Assembly (NCBI GenBank): GCA_030753015.1
Contig: JASMDC010000005.1
Span: forward strand, 64,001-128,000
Length of the DNA stretch: 64,000 bases
Source of the DNA: Candidatus Undinarchaeales archaeon
GTDB lineage: Archaea; SpSt-1190; JASMDC01
Reading direction: 5' to 3'
The translations under genes and the position numbers were made by a program. Positions 47,281-57,096 of this stretch are shown here, piece after piece; positions within the stretch are counted from its first letter, which is position 1, and every line of letters starts with the position of its first letter. The notes beneath the pieces were generated by a model that saw nothing but the letters and a program-made list of their open reading frames with translations, ran no database searches and had not been told where the DNA came from.

Positions 47281-50200
47281 CTACTCGATGGCACAGTCCT
47301 CCGGGCAGGCAAGAACGTCCTCGCCAAGGACACAGGCGCCATCACCGCACACGGCGTCCGCCGAGGCAGCTGAACCGTACAGGCTGTAAGGCTCGGCCGG
47401 AGCGGAGGGTGCAGCACTGACTGCCTGGGAGATGCACCGGTTGGCAACGCACAGGCATGACGTGGGGGCCGCATCGGGCTTCATACAAACGATCCCGGTG
47501 CAGTCCTCGACCTCATCGTACCGGCGGTTGAGACAGGTGGCCGCCTCGACGTCGCAACAGGCGTCAGCATGGACGCAGTCTGTGTCGGTCTCGCAGTACT
47601 CCGCAGGCGATACGGCCTCGGCCACACACTGTCCTTCGACGCATGCTGGCGCCCAGCGCTGAGCGGCCACGTCGGACGGCGTGGTGCAGGCACAGCTCGC
47701 CTCGCATACGACGGGCAACCGGGAGAACCGGTTGACGAACCTGGGCGGCCCGCACTCGCAGCATCCCGGTTGCTGGACGCAGTCCGCAGTACGGCGGCAG
47801 AACTCGGGATCAAGATAGGCATCGTCCAGATAAGTACGCTCACAGTCCATGCCCACATGTATGATAGTTAATGCCTTCGAAAGGCCGCATCGGGCGTCGT
47901 CAGGCGGGCATTCCTCAAAGCCCGCGCCTTTGAACCGCACGAGCGACTTGCATGCATGGAGCACTGCGATATTGTCCACACAGGCCCCCTCCTCAGGGAG
48001 CACGTCCTCGTCCCCCTGCTGCCGGGCGACGGCGCATGCACCTTCTGGGCCATTACACCCGGCGAGGCAGCGGGTCTTCCCAGCATCCTCGGCCGTACTG
48101 CACGCGGCCTTGCACGCCGTCACACCATCAGGATCGGTCGAGCCGCATTCCGAAAGACATGTGCCGACGGTCCCTACCGAGGTTGACATGCACGAATCCA
48201 CACAGGTCCGGATACTCTGGAGGTAGGCCGTAGCCGCACAGCGCTCAGTGCAGGCGGACCCCCACACGGCTTTGCGGGCAGTGCAAGCCGCGGTGCAGGC
48301 AGTGAAAGCTCCCTGCTCCTTGATCCGACAGTTCTCGTCGTTCTGTTCGTAGTCGTCCAGAGCGCGCCATGCCTCGGAAGAGGTGCATGAACGCTGGCAC
48401 TTGTCCGCAAGCGTCGAGTGGCCCGAGCACCGTCCCGTACAGATGCCGACCATGCATGCGCTGTAATCCTCGTCGGTATCAGCACACGCCCTCCTGCCCT
48501 CCTGGATGCCACCATAGGCATCCCAGCCCTGGATTGTCCCACATGCGTCCCTGCAGCGCTCCCCGACATCCAGGGAGGAGCTGCATGCCGATAGGCACTT
48601 ATCCCGGAGGCATCCCTCGTGGTCGCCGCCGGATCCGCTGCACGCGGTCCGCGCCGCTGTATAGTCCCCGTAGGCGGTGAGCCCCTCGAAGGGTGTCTTG
48701 CAGTCCTTCGCGCATATCGCGCTCTTGTCCAGCTCTCCCTGGCAGGTTTCCATACAGCGTTGCCCCATGCACGTCGCGAAGGTTGCATGGTTCGCGCACG
48801 CATCGTCCCGCAGGCCGTGGTCGGTCCAGCCATCCGGGCCAGCGCAGGCCACGCCGCACAAGGTCTGGAGGTTCGAACTGGCCTCGCAGTCTGTCCGGCA
48901 AAGAGAGGTCATACACTCGCTGTAGCTCGGAGGCGGGGACGAGCGACAGTGCTCGATGCACACGTCGTCCACGGCAGGCGCGAGCACCACGTCAGCGACG
49001 GTCTCCCCCAGCCTCGTGACCCCTGCGGCCACTAAGATCGAGAATGGGCCATAATCCCGTATATCGGCGTCATCGTAATCTGGTTTAAAGGTGAGGATGC
49101 GGGCTTCGGGATCCTTTACCTGGAGGGAGGCGGTCCGAGTATCGGCGTCGATGGACTCGAGCGTGATCTCGTATCCTTTGTACGTAATGGGCACGCCGCG
49201 CGAGAGGGTACGCTGCTCGGCCACTCCTAAACGTGGGCGGAGAGTCGCATTGCAGAGGATGTCGCACTTGCCCTGCTGTGCTTGAAGGCACGGCAAGACG
49301 CATGGAATGACCTCGGCGCTCTCCGCGTTCCGGCATGTCTGCTCGCACTCACTGGCCGCGAACGCGCAATCGTTCTCGCACAGGCTCCGCGACAGGGTGG
49401 CTGTCTCACGGCATTCTCTCTCACAATTACTGGTCAGCCATGGCTGAGGTAGCTCAAGGAAATTGAGTTGGAACTCCGCCCAGTCACGGCCCATGCCCAC
49501 GGGGATCGCGTGCGAGCTGGAGAGTGGACCCGCCACGCCCTGGCATCTTATGGCCGCCCCCACCAGCTCGTTCCCAAGATCGACGAGGGAATCCATAGGA
49601 AGGAAGGTGCCTGTGCACCCGGCACCCGGACATACGCCCTGATGGGCAACACCGACGCCAACACAGGCCGCGTCACAGGCTGTAGGATACGTTTCCCCGT
49701 CCGAACCGCACACCGGTTCATACAGATCGGGACACACACACTGTGGTTCGTCGTTGACGCACACGCCGTCCATGCACGCGCAGGTGTGGACTGTCGGGCA
49801 GGACCTCAGGCACTCAAGGCCGTCAGCATTTGCGGGAGAGCACGAGCAGGAGCATGACGAGAACGAGCAGTCCTGATCGGTAGTGCACTCGTCGGCCACA
49901 CCGAAGGTCCCCGTCAGCTCGCGTGCCTGGGTACGCACCCGGTCGGCGATATCGTGCGCCTTGTACTGGACTAGCTCCAGGGCGATATCGTCGAGAGCGC
50001 GGACCACGGCCTCCATGGTCCGGGAGTTCTCTAGCGAGAGAGCGCTGTCGGGCTCACAGGCGATTACTGGGCCGAACGTCTCCGCTCGGGCCTCGCGGAA
50101 ATACACGTCCTTGACCGACCAGTCTAACACGTCCACAAGGACGAGAATAGTGCCGTAAACGGGGCACTGGGTAAGGCAGGGACCGGCCGAGCGGACGCTC

Positions 50201-50982
50201 GTACCAGCGCACCTGGCCAGACAGGGATTGGCATAGGTGATCCAGTCCTCCCCGCACACGGGTGCCGTCACGACCGGGCACTGGCACAGAGCACAGAGCT
50301 GGTCCCGGCCTGTCTCGGCAGCGGCAGCGTCCTTATCGCTGAGAGGTACGGTGCAGCTCGTCTCCAAGGGAACGAAGCTCAGGGCGATTATGTTGTCCCG
50401 GGCATAGGGAGGGATATGGATGGTATACTTTTGCTTGTTCAGAAGGTCCGCCGATAGGGGCTTGATAAGCTCGTGGGCGAGGGCCACGCTCTTGAGCCGG
50501 TCCTTCTCTCCAGCAGAGAGGCTCGCAAGCGTCGCCGGGCCGGGCCTGCCCTGCCCTGATGCGGGCATCTTGCGGTATGTGAGCTCGAGGATGTTCACCT
50601 CGCCCTTCACGTCCGCGGTGACCCGCAGCATCAGGACGAGCCCACTATCGAGCGTCGTTCGGTAATAGACGTTGACGGTCTTGACACCCGTCCCCCCCAC
50701 ATCCCTGACGAACGCACGTGAGATGCTCGGTTCGATGCTGGATAGGTCGGCTCCAGCTTCCTCGAGAGATGAGAAGAACGCCTTCATGATACCGTTATTG
50801 GCAAGGCTTTCCACCAGGGCCGTGCGTTGGCTCGCTGGCAACACCTGTGCCTCAGGTCGCTGGGCGAGCACCTTGGCCCGGTTCTCCTTGACTAGGTCGA
50901 GGAGGTTCCCGGCAACGGTGCAGGAAACAACCAGCATGATCGTCAACAGGATTTCGAATGTCCTACCCATGTCTAATCCCAT
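47281..50982 (-). CDS. 1233-aa secreted Cys-rich protein with two Kazal domains
   Basis: Signal peptide; CP...PVCGEDWITYANPCLARC and CP...PVCGSDGETYPTACDAAC; long CxxxC tracts; terminal CGDGAC..CPEDC. Start 50982 or 50970. Confidence 0.82.
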   Translation of the reverse strand: MGLDMGRTFEILLTIMLVVSCTVAGNLLDLVKENRAKVLAQRPEAQVLPASQRTALVESLANNGIMKAFFSSLEEAGADLSSIEPSISRAFVRDVGGTGVKTVNVYYRTTLDSGLVLMLRVTADVKGEVNILELTYRKMPASGQGRPGPATLASLSAGEKDRLKSVALAHELIKPLSADLLNKQKYTIHIPPYARDNIIALSFVPLETSCTVPLSDKDAAAAETGRDQLCALCQCPVVTAPVCGEDWITYANPCLARCAGTSVRSAGPCLTQCPVYGTILVLVDVLDWSVKDVYFREARAETFGPVIACEPDSALSLENSRTMEAVVRALDDIALELVQYKAHDIADRVRTQARELTGTFGVADECTTDQDCSFSSCSCSCSPANADGLECLRSCPTVHTCACMDGVCVNDEPQCVCPDLYEPVCGSDGETYPTACDAACVGVGVAHQGVCPGAGCTGTFLPMDSLVDLGNELVGAAIRCQGVAGPLSSSHAIPVGMGRDWAEFQLNFLELPQPWLTSNCERECRETATLSRSLCENDCAFAASECEQTCRNAESAEVIPCVLPCLQAQQGKCDILCNATLRPRLGVAEQRTLSRGVPITYKGYEITLESIDADTRTASLQVKDPEARILTFKPDYDDADIRDYGPFSILVAAGVTRLGETVADVVLAPAVDDVCIEHCRSSPPPSYSECMTSLCRTDCEASSNLQTLCGVACAGPDGWTDHGLRDDACANHATFATCMGQRCMETCQGELDKSAICAKDCKTPFEGLTAYGDYTAARTACSGSGGDHEGCLRDKCLSACSSSLDVGERCRDACGTIQGWDAYGGIQEGRRACADTDEDYSACMVGICTGRCSGHSTLADKCQRSCTSSEAWRALDDYEQNDENCRIKEQGAFTACTAACTARKAVWGSACTERCAATAYLQSIRTCVDSCMSTSVGTVGTCLSECGSTDPDGVTACKAACSTAEDAGKTRCLAGCNGPEGACAVARQQGDEDVLPEEGACVDNIAVLHACKSLVRFKGAGFEECPPDDARCGLSKALTIIHVGMDCERTYLDDAYLDPEFCRRTADCVQQPGCCECGPPRFVNRFSRLPVVCEASCACTTPSDVAAQRWAPACVEGQCVAEAVSPAEYCETDTDCVHADACCDVEAATCLNRRYDEVEDCTGIVCMKPDAAPTSCLCVANRCISQAVSAAPSAPAEPYSLYGSAASADAVCGDGACVLGEDVLACPEDCAIE

Positions 50983-51076
50983 GGTCCATATCGGGCACCA
51001 GGGATAAAAACATTTGGGCGGCAGCGCCTAAGAGCCTCAATCCATCGTTGGACCGGACAGGGAAGAGAAAAAGGGG

Positions 51077-51098
51077 AGGCCCTGATATGACAGGGCCT
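51077..51098 (-). terminator. Hairpin followed by T/C tract after dodecin
   Basis: AGGCCCTG-ATATGA-CAGGGCCT, then minus-strand CCCCTTTTTCTCTT. Confidence 0.6.
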
Positions 51099-51297
51099 AC
51101 TTCTCGATCTTGAAGGCGACCTTCACGGTCACTTCGTACTGGACTATCTTGCTCTCCTTCACGCGAACGCGAGCATTGCCAACATCCATGTACTCGATGC
51201 CATGGAGGCTCTTCTCGGCCTCAGAGAGTGCGTTCCGAACGGCCTCCGAGAAACCCTCTTCTGAGGTGCCAATCAATTCAATTACTTTGTATACCAT
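51097..51297 (-). CDS. Dodecin (flavin-binding protein)
   Basis: 66 aa, VYKVIELIGTS...AV.NAL..A.KSL...Y.V..KV.F. Confidence 0.9.
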   Translation of the reverse strand: MVYKVIELIGTSEEGFSEAVRNALSEAEKSLHGIEYMDVGNARVRVKESKIVQYEVTVKVAFKIEK

Positions 51298-51386
51298 GGT
51301 CCCTTCCGGTGAGGGCAAGCGGGTGCATACTTAAGAAGTGTCATGCATGAGCCTGCCACAAGGGAACAAGGTGCATGGCATCCCCT

Positions 51387-51818
51387 TTACCTACCCTTCT
51401 TGAGGTCGATGGTACCGATCATGGTCACTGTCTTGGCCACGGCATCAGAATAGGTGTCCCGGAAGTCGATGACGAACTCGTTGAACTCCTGGATCCCGGG
51501 GAAGCGCAACTTCAACATCACGTCGTACTCTCCTGTGACGCCGAACACCTCATGTACATAGTGATTACCGAGCAGTCGCCGGTCCAGATACTTGGAAGAG
51601 GTACCGGACACGAGCATGAATACAACAAGCTCCTCCCCGAGCTGGGCATGGTCCACAGCGATGGTGTACTTGCGGATGACGCCATTCTCCTTGAGACGTT
51701 TCATGCGCTGATGCACCGTGGAAGGTCGCATCCCCAGACGTTTGGCGAGGGTCCGCACCGAAGCGCGGCCGTCATGCTTCAGCTCATCGAGGATCGCTCG
51801 ATCCCTTTCGTCGACCAT
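51387..51818 (-). CDS. Lrp/AsnC family transcriptional regulator
   Basis: DERDRAILDEL..DGR....LAKRLG....TV..R..RL...GVI, VTGEYD; start trimmed to ATG 51818. Confidence 0.93.
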   Translation of the reverse strand: MVDERDRAILDELKHDGRASVRTLAKRLGMRPSTVHQRMKRLKENGVIRKYTIAVDHAQLGEELVVFMLVSGTSSKYLDRRLLGNHYVHEVFGVTGEYDVMLKLRFPGIQEFNEFVIDFRDTYSDAVAKTVTMIGTIDLKKGR

Positions 51819-51852
51819 GGATATATTTTGTCCGTTAATTGTTTTATAATTT

Positions 51853-51906
51853 TGGACAATGTCCACAAATATACCTTATTTTCAACACATTATTGGACAT
51901 TGTCCT
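51853..51906. promoter_or_regulatory. Two palindromic operator sites between Lrp and ahcY
   Basis: TGGACAATGTCCA (51853-51865) and TGGACATTGTCCT (51894-51906), 41 bp apart. Confidence 0.7.
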
Positions 51907-51954
51907 AATAATTCGGTACAAACTATATGAACGTCGCGGAACAGGAAGAGTATC

Positions 51955-53208
51955 ATGGGATCGAACGTTAAGGACATGTCCCTGGCCCCCCAGGGAGCGC
52001 TCAACATCGAATGGGCAGAGATGCAGATGGGAGGACTCCTCCGTCTCAAGGCTTCCTTGGAGAAGAGCAAGCCCTTCAAGGGCGTTCGGGTCGGCATGTG
52101 CCTACACATCACCAAAGAGACCGCAGTGCTCGTCAACACCCTGCGTGCCGCTGGTGCCGAGGTGTCCATCACGGGATGCAACCCTCTCTCCACCCAGGAC
52201 GACGTGGCCGCGGCCCTTGCCAAGGACGGCGTCGACGTGTACGGCTGGCGGGCCGAGACCAACGACGAGTACTACGAGTGCCTCAACAAGGTGCTGGACA
52301 CCAAACCCCAGTACACCGTGGACGACGGGTGCGACCTGGTAACCATCGTGCACACCGAGCGGCAGGACCTTCTGGACGGCATCTTCGCCGGGGCCGAGGA
52401 GACCACGACCGGCGTCATCCGCCTCCGTGCCATGGAGAAGGAAGGCGTTCTCAAGTACCCTATGGTGGCCGTCAACGACTCGGATACCAAGCACCTCATG
52501 GACAACTTCATCGGTACAGGTCAGAGCACCATTGACGGCATCCTCCGCGCATCCAACGTACTGGTGGCGTCCAAGAACGTGGTGATCGCTGGCTACGGTT
52601 CCTGCGGCAAGGGCGTTTCCAAGCGCGCCGCCGGGCTCGGTGCCAACGTCACCGTCACCGAGGTCAACCCCTTCCGTGCGTTACAGGCATCAATGGACGG
52701 CTGGCGCGTTATGCCCATGACACTGGCTGCACCCACGGCCGACATAATCATAACCGTCACTGGATGCAAGGACGTTGTGACCGAACGCCACTTCCCCCTG
52801 CTCAAGGACGGTGCCATCCTGGCCAACTCCGGTCACTTCGACTCCGAGGTCAACGTCAAGGCCCTGGGCAGTGCTGCCAAGAGCATGCGGCGGATCCGGC
52901 CGGACTTCGACGAGTACACCCTGCCCGACGGCCGGCGCGTGTTCGTGTGCGGCGAAGGGCGCCTCGTGAACCTGGCCGCAGCAGAGGGGCACCCCTCCAC
53001 CATCATGGCCATGTCCTTCATGGACCAGACCTTCGCCCTGAAGTGGGTCCTGGAGAACCGCGAATCGCTGGAGAACAAGGTGTATGTCCTACCAGAAGAG
53101 CTGGACATGAAGGTTGCCCGGCTCCAGCTGGAGAGCATGAAGATCGACATTGACGTGCTCACGCCCGAGCAGGATGCCTACCTCAACTCCTGGCAAGAGG
53201 GGACGTGA
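51955..53208 (+). CDS. ahcY: Adenosylhomocysteinase
   Basis: CNPLSTQDDVA, DDGCD, EETTTG, VND, GYGSCGKG, GHFD, GRLVNL..AEGHP. Confidence 0.96.
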   Translation: MGSNVKDMSLAPQGALNIEWAEMQMGGLLRLKASLEKSKPFKGVRVGMCLHITKETAVLVNTLRAAGAEVSITGCNPLSTQDDVAAALAKDGVDVYGWRAETNDEYYECLNKVLDTKPQYTVDDGCDLVTIVHTERQDLLDGIFAGAEETTTGVIRLRAMEKEGVLKYPMVAVNDSDTKHLMDNFIGTGQSTIDGILRASNVLVASKNVVIAGYGSCGKGVSKRAAGLGANVTVTEVNPFRALQASMDGWRVMPMTLAAPTADIIITVTGCKDVVTERHFPLLKDGAILANSGHFDSEVNVKALGSAAKSMRRIRPDFDEYTLPDGRRVFVCGEGRLVNLAAAEGHPSTIMAMSFMDQTFALKWVLENRESLENKVYVLPEELDMKVARLQLESMKIDIDVLTPEQDAYLNSWQEGT

Positions 53209-53387
53209 AGTTATTGGAAAAAGGTACGTCCGAGATCGGGCGTACGGTTGTCGCAGCGGGCGTCTGGAACGGAACGGACGCCCCTGCGCCCCCCCTGCCA
53301 GCAGTGGAATGAAAAGAAGCACCAAATATCTCTTCCACTGAAAAGGTATCCGGCAAGCGTTTTATTCCGGTCCGATAAATAAATCAT

Positions 53388-54899
53388 GTGGAAAGGCACA
53401 TCGCTGCCACGGGATCCGTCCTTGCAGTTGCTCTGCTCGCCCATCGGATGACGGCGTCAGCGGCCTACCTCCTTCTTGGAAGCAGGTTCGTTGTGGCTCT
53501 GGGACTGGCGGCCCTCCCTACGCTCATTGCGATACCCGCCCTCGCTTGTCACGTAAAGCCAACATCATCCCGTCGTCTTCCCCTTGTTCTCTTCTTGGCC
53601 ATTCTGGCTCTCCTCCTACCCTTCCCCGTGTCCCTGACCGGGCCTCTCGTGCTTCTACTGGACGTAATGCTGCTCATCTGCCTGTTCGTACGCTTACGCC
53701 CCCATGGCCTGTCCGGTGCCGTTCCCGTGCTCCTCGCCTGTGCTCTGATCTCGTCACTGGTGCACTACACCGACGGCATCCCCCCGACCATGGTGGTTGA
53801 CGCACGTCTCCTCCCTCCAGATGTACGGGCTGATGCCACAGCACTCTCTCGCCCTGTGACTCCTGATGAGCTCGATGAAGTAGCTGAGTTGTTCGCTCAC
53901 CTTACAGGTGAACGTGTAGAGCGAACACGGGACGGATTCCATCTCCACGATTTCTCCTTTCATGTACTCCCCGCTGAGGACTACACTGCGGTCCTGGCCG
54001 CCGTGTTCGGGAGCCCGCCGGAGGAGATGGTGGTCCATACATTGGAGCAGCCAGCAGTCTTCTTCGGTATGGACGCCTATCTCGGTGGATCCAAGGAGCA
54101 GGTGCTTAGAAGGGCCATGCACGAGTACGGCCATATCGTGGACACGCGCGCTTTCGGGAGGACATCCCACGCAGCCATCGTGGAGGGTTTTGCCCGTTCG
54201 TTAGAAGAGGTCGCCATGCATGCGTTGTATGAGCGAGAGAAGGCAAAGGCGCCTCCGGCAAAGAGGCAGACGGATGATGTTCGAGAGGTCGCTTTCGAGC
54301 GGGTGAAGAAGGCAATGATGGCTACTCCGGCACAAGAGGTCGTGTTGAACTCACGTCCCACTCTTCGTGCAACACGTCACCGCATCCAGGTCATCGAGTA
54401 CTATATCACGCCCAAGAACCACTTCAGCCGCGCGCTCTTCTGGGACGACGTTCCCGAAGGGAGCCCTGAACGTGTGCGAGCACTGACAGAGGTGTTCCTA
54501 GCGGTGTTCCCCTTCTCTCCCCGCTCGGCCGAGCTACCCTCCAGCTTTCGACAAGAAATGATGCTTCTGAAGCAAGCGGCCGAATCACTTCGCGACCGGC
54601 CCATGTGGATGTCACGCAGGGCATTCCTTGAGGAGTGGATCGGTGGTCATCGTACACGGATAGCGCGCCCCTTATCAGCCGCCATAATCCCATTGTTCCG
54701 AATCCCCCGATCTAGTTATCGGGCTGGAGTAGTGCTCTGGTGTACACTGATATCCGTAATCGTGCTCGTCAGCATCGTCGCGCTGGACAGGATGGCAGCA
54801 AAGATTGAGGTGATGTTGATGCTCTGGACAGATACCTCCTCAACGGTTCCCGATATCGTCGGGGATATCGGCTCGACCGCGTTCCACCGCTCCACATAA
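53388..54899 (+). CDS. Membrane protein with zincin HEXXH motif
   Basis: About 5 N-terminal TM segments, AMHEYGH followed by EGFA, one C-terminal TM; start uncertain. Confidence 0.6.
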   Translation: MERHIAATGSVLAVALLAHRMTASAAYLLLGSRFVVALGLAALPTLIAIPALACHVKPTSSRRLPLVLFLAILALLLPFPVSLTGPLVLLLDVMLLICLFVRLRPHGLSGAVPVLLACALISSLVHYTDGIPPTMVVDARLLPPDVRADATALSRPVTPDELDEVAELFAHLTGERVERTRDGFHLHDFSFHVLPAEDYTAVLAAVFGSPPEEMVVHTLEQPAVFFGMDAYLGGSKEQVLRRAMHEYGHIVDTRAFGRTSHAAIVEGFARSLEEVAMHALYEREKAKAPPAKRQTDDVREVAFERVKKAMMATPAQEVVLNSRPTLRATRHRIQVIEYYITPKNHFSRALFWDDVPEGSPERVRALTEVFLAVFPFSPRSAELPSSFRQEMMLLKQAAESLRDRPMWMSRRAFLEEWIGGHRTRIARPLSAAIIPLFRIPRSSYRAGVVLWCTLISVIVLVSIVALDRMAAKIEVMLMLWTDTSSTVPDIVGDIGSTAFHRST

Positions 54900-54913
54900 A
54901 AAGCATTACTGCG
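54884..54913 (+). repeat. 30-bp duplicated upstream element, copy 1
   Basis: CCACCGCTCCACATAAAAAGCATTACTGCG, begins 43 nt before ATG 54927. Confidence 0.85.
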
Positions 54914-54926
54914 TCCACGGCCAACG

Positions 54927-57044
54927 ATGACCATCCTCGCCCTCGGTCGTATCGCTGGACTGGCGTTCACGCTCGCTGCTCCCGGGATCGCGGCCGCCGG
55001 CCTCCTCGGGAAGCGAGGGATGACCCGACGAGATGCGCTCATGCTTGCCCTTCCTCTGAGCCTCGCCACGATGCCGCCCCTGGCACTGGCCATGGCCATC
55101 CTCCTCGGTACGGTGGTCACACCCACTCTGCTGGTAACGACGGCCGCCATGATAACCGGATTGTTGTGGAGCGTGGGAAGCAGGCCGCCCCTTCCCAAGG
55201 TGGCCCGTCCCGGTCGGTGGTCACTCCTCGCGCTCCTTGCTATCTGCGCCCTTCTTGCACTTGACCTCAGGCCCCCCCTGGGCCAGTCCGCGTTCGATGC
55301 TACCGCATGGGGGAGCTGCACGGACATGGCCGTGTACGATACCATCGGGGCCGGGGGGCTCAATTGGTTGTGGCGTAGCCGCCTCGAGGACGCTCATCCC
55401 TACGGGCTCCGCTACCCGACAGCAGCGGAGCCAGGTGACCCCCTCCCCTGGACGGGTGACGCTCCCGAGGAGGTATACATCGCCCCCGCTGCTCTATCGC
55501 TTCCCGCCGACTACGTCACCAACGGCTTCGTGAACATCGAGGACCAGCGCCTCGGTAACGCTGCCCTCTATGCGACCTTCGTGGCCTTCCTCGGTAGGCC
55601 CGGCATCCATCTCGCGTTCACCATCGCCCTGATAGCTACCGTCCTAGCCACCTCGGCGGCCGCACGCAAGCTCTCCGGTCCCGGATGGCCAGGAGCGCTG
55701 GCAGGCGCCCTTGCGCTCCTAGCAGGGCTCGCAGGTCACTTCGGCCCCGGTTTCGTCCAGGTCGTGCCCGACACGCTCTTCGCCGCCCTTCTCTCGGCCA
55801 CCCTCCTCACGTTCGCTCTCGGCCGTCCGACACTGAGGGGATGGTTCCTTGCGGGGATGGTCGCCGGCACCCTTCTGGCGACGAGGGACGTAGCGGTGTT
55901 CTGCCTGGTAGGGATGGCCGTCCCCATCCTCCGGTCCCCCCGACGTAAGTGGGTGAGCATGCTGTTCATCGCAGGAATGCTCATCACGCTCTTCCCCACA
56001 ATGTACGTCCATCGCTTCGCCCTGGGCAGCGTCTGGGCCAATCCCACCATGGCGAAGTTCCCAGGGGAAGGCCTCACCTACACCTTCCTCGGGACACAGT
56101 TCACCGTACCCCTCTTCCTCAACTGGCCGTTCTACCACACGATGGTCCGAACGCCCACGACGCCCTTCCCCACGGCCCTGTTCCTACCACTAGTGATCAC
56201 TTTCGTCCTCGGTACCGGCGCACTCGCCCTTGCGCTGGTGGGCATCGCACGGTCGGAAGAGCGGCGCTGGGTGCTCGCGCTGTGGATTCTCCCGCTCCTC
56301 CTATTCCTCGCGTTGCAGGAGGATTGGGACGTGGCCAGGACATCTCTCATCCATCTCCTGCTCCCGGCCCTATGGGTGGCCGTCCCCGTGGGGATCCGGA
56401 CGGCGAGCGACCGGAAGGGAGCGGTCGTCGTTCTGGGCATAGTCCTCATTCTCTCAGCGGCCGTCAGGCTCGCGGCTCATGTTGACGCACCACCCGATAG
56501 TCGATGGTCAGAGGTCTACGGCGACCGTCATGTCGACGAAGGAGGTGTCGCGGACGTTCGGGAGCGCCTTCTCACAACGGGACCGTTCCCGCTCTTCCCC
56601 GAAGGACTGCCTCTGAATCCCGGGCGTCTCGCCGGGGAGCTTGCCCGAGCGGACGATCCCCGGCCCCTGCCAGAGCGTCCCTGGCACCTGCCTCGGTTCG
56701 ACCTAGAACGAACCTCTGTGCACGTGGACCTCCGTTCTGGCCCGGCCGATTTGCGGCTCGCCCTCCTGGCCAGTACAGACCTCGGTCTCCCCCGGGCCAA
56801 ACGGAAGGGTGACGCCTACGAGCTTACCATCCCCCGCAAGGAAGGGGGGGGCCCGTGCGCCCTGTACGAGATGACGCTCTCGGACGATGGGAACGTGCTC
56901 TCGGTGGGCCTACGGCCCTTCATGTCCGCGGAGCTCGGCGCACGCTGCCCTCCACGCTCCCGGAGCGAACAGCTCGGGAAAGTCACGCTCTGGACGTCTG
57001 GACGACGTGACGTCGCAGCCCATCGCTACCCCTTCCCGTCGTGA
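54927..57044 (+). CDS. Polytopic membrane protein, GT-C-like (paralog A)
   Basis: 705 aa, many TM segments, large loop with DQRLGN, PDTLFA, RDVA, LNWPF..RTP, QEDWD motifs; function inferred from topology only. Confidence 0.65.
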   Translation: MTILALGRIAGLAFTLAAPGIAAAGLLGKRGMTRRDALMLALPLSLATMPPLALAMAILLGTVVTPTLLVTTAAMITGLLWSVGSRPPLPKVARPGRWSLLALLAICALLALDLRPPLGQSAFDATAWGSCTDMAVYDTIGAGGLNWLWRSRLEDAHPYGLRYPTAAEPGDPLPWTGDAPEEVYIAPAALSLPADYVTNGFVNIEDQRLGNAALYATFVAFLGRPGIHLAFTIALIATVLATSAAARKLSGPGWPGALAGALALLAGLAGHFGPGFVQVVPDTLFAALLSATLLTFALGRPTLRGWFLAGMVAGTLLATRDVAVFCLVGMAVPILRSPRRKWVSMLFIAGMLITLFPTMYVHRFALGSVWANPTMAKFPGEGLTYTFLGTQFTVPLFLNWPFYHTMVRTPTTPFPTALFLPLVITFVLGTGALALALVGIARSEERRWVLALWILPLLLFLALQEDWDVARTSLIHLLLPALWVAVPVGIRTASDRKGAVVVLGIVLILSAAVRLAAHVDAPPDSRWSEVYGDRHVDEGGVADVRERLLTTGPFPLFPEGLPLNPGRLAGELARADDPRPLPERPWHLPRFDLERTSVHVDLRSGPADLRLALLASTDLGLPRAKRKGDAYELTIPRKEGGGPCALYEMTLSDDGNVLSVGLRPFMSAELGARCPPRSRSEQLGKVTLWTSGRRDVAAHRYPFPS

Positions 57045-57053
57045 GGTGCGGGG

Positions 57054-57083
57054 CCACCGCTCCACATAAAAAGAATTACTGCG
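57054..57083 (+). repeat. 30-bp duplicated upstream element, copy 2
   Basis: CCACCGCTCCACATAAAAAGAATTACTGCG (29/30 identical to copy 1), begins 43 nt before ATG 57097. Confidence 0.85.
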
Positions 57084-57096
57084 AACACGGCTCTCG

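Noticed and set aside
47281-50982. Multiheme cytochrome interpretation of the Cys-rich proteins
   Set aside because: Cys pattern is CxxxC/Kazal; no repeated CxxCH motifs.
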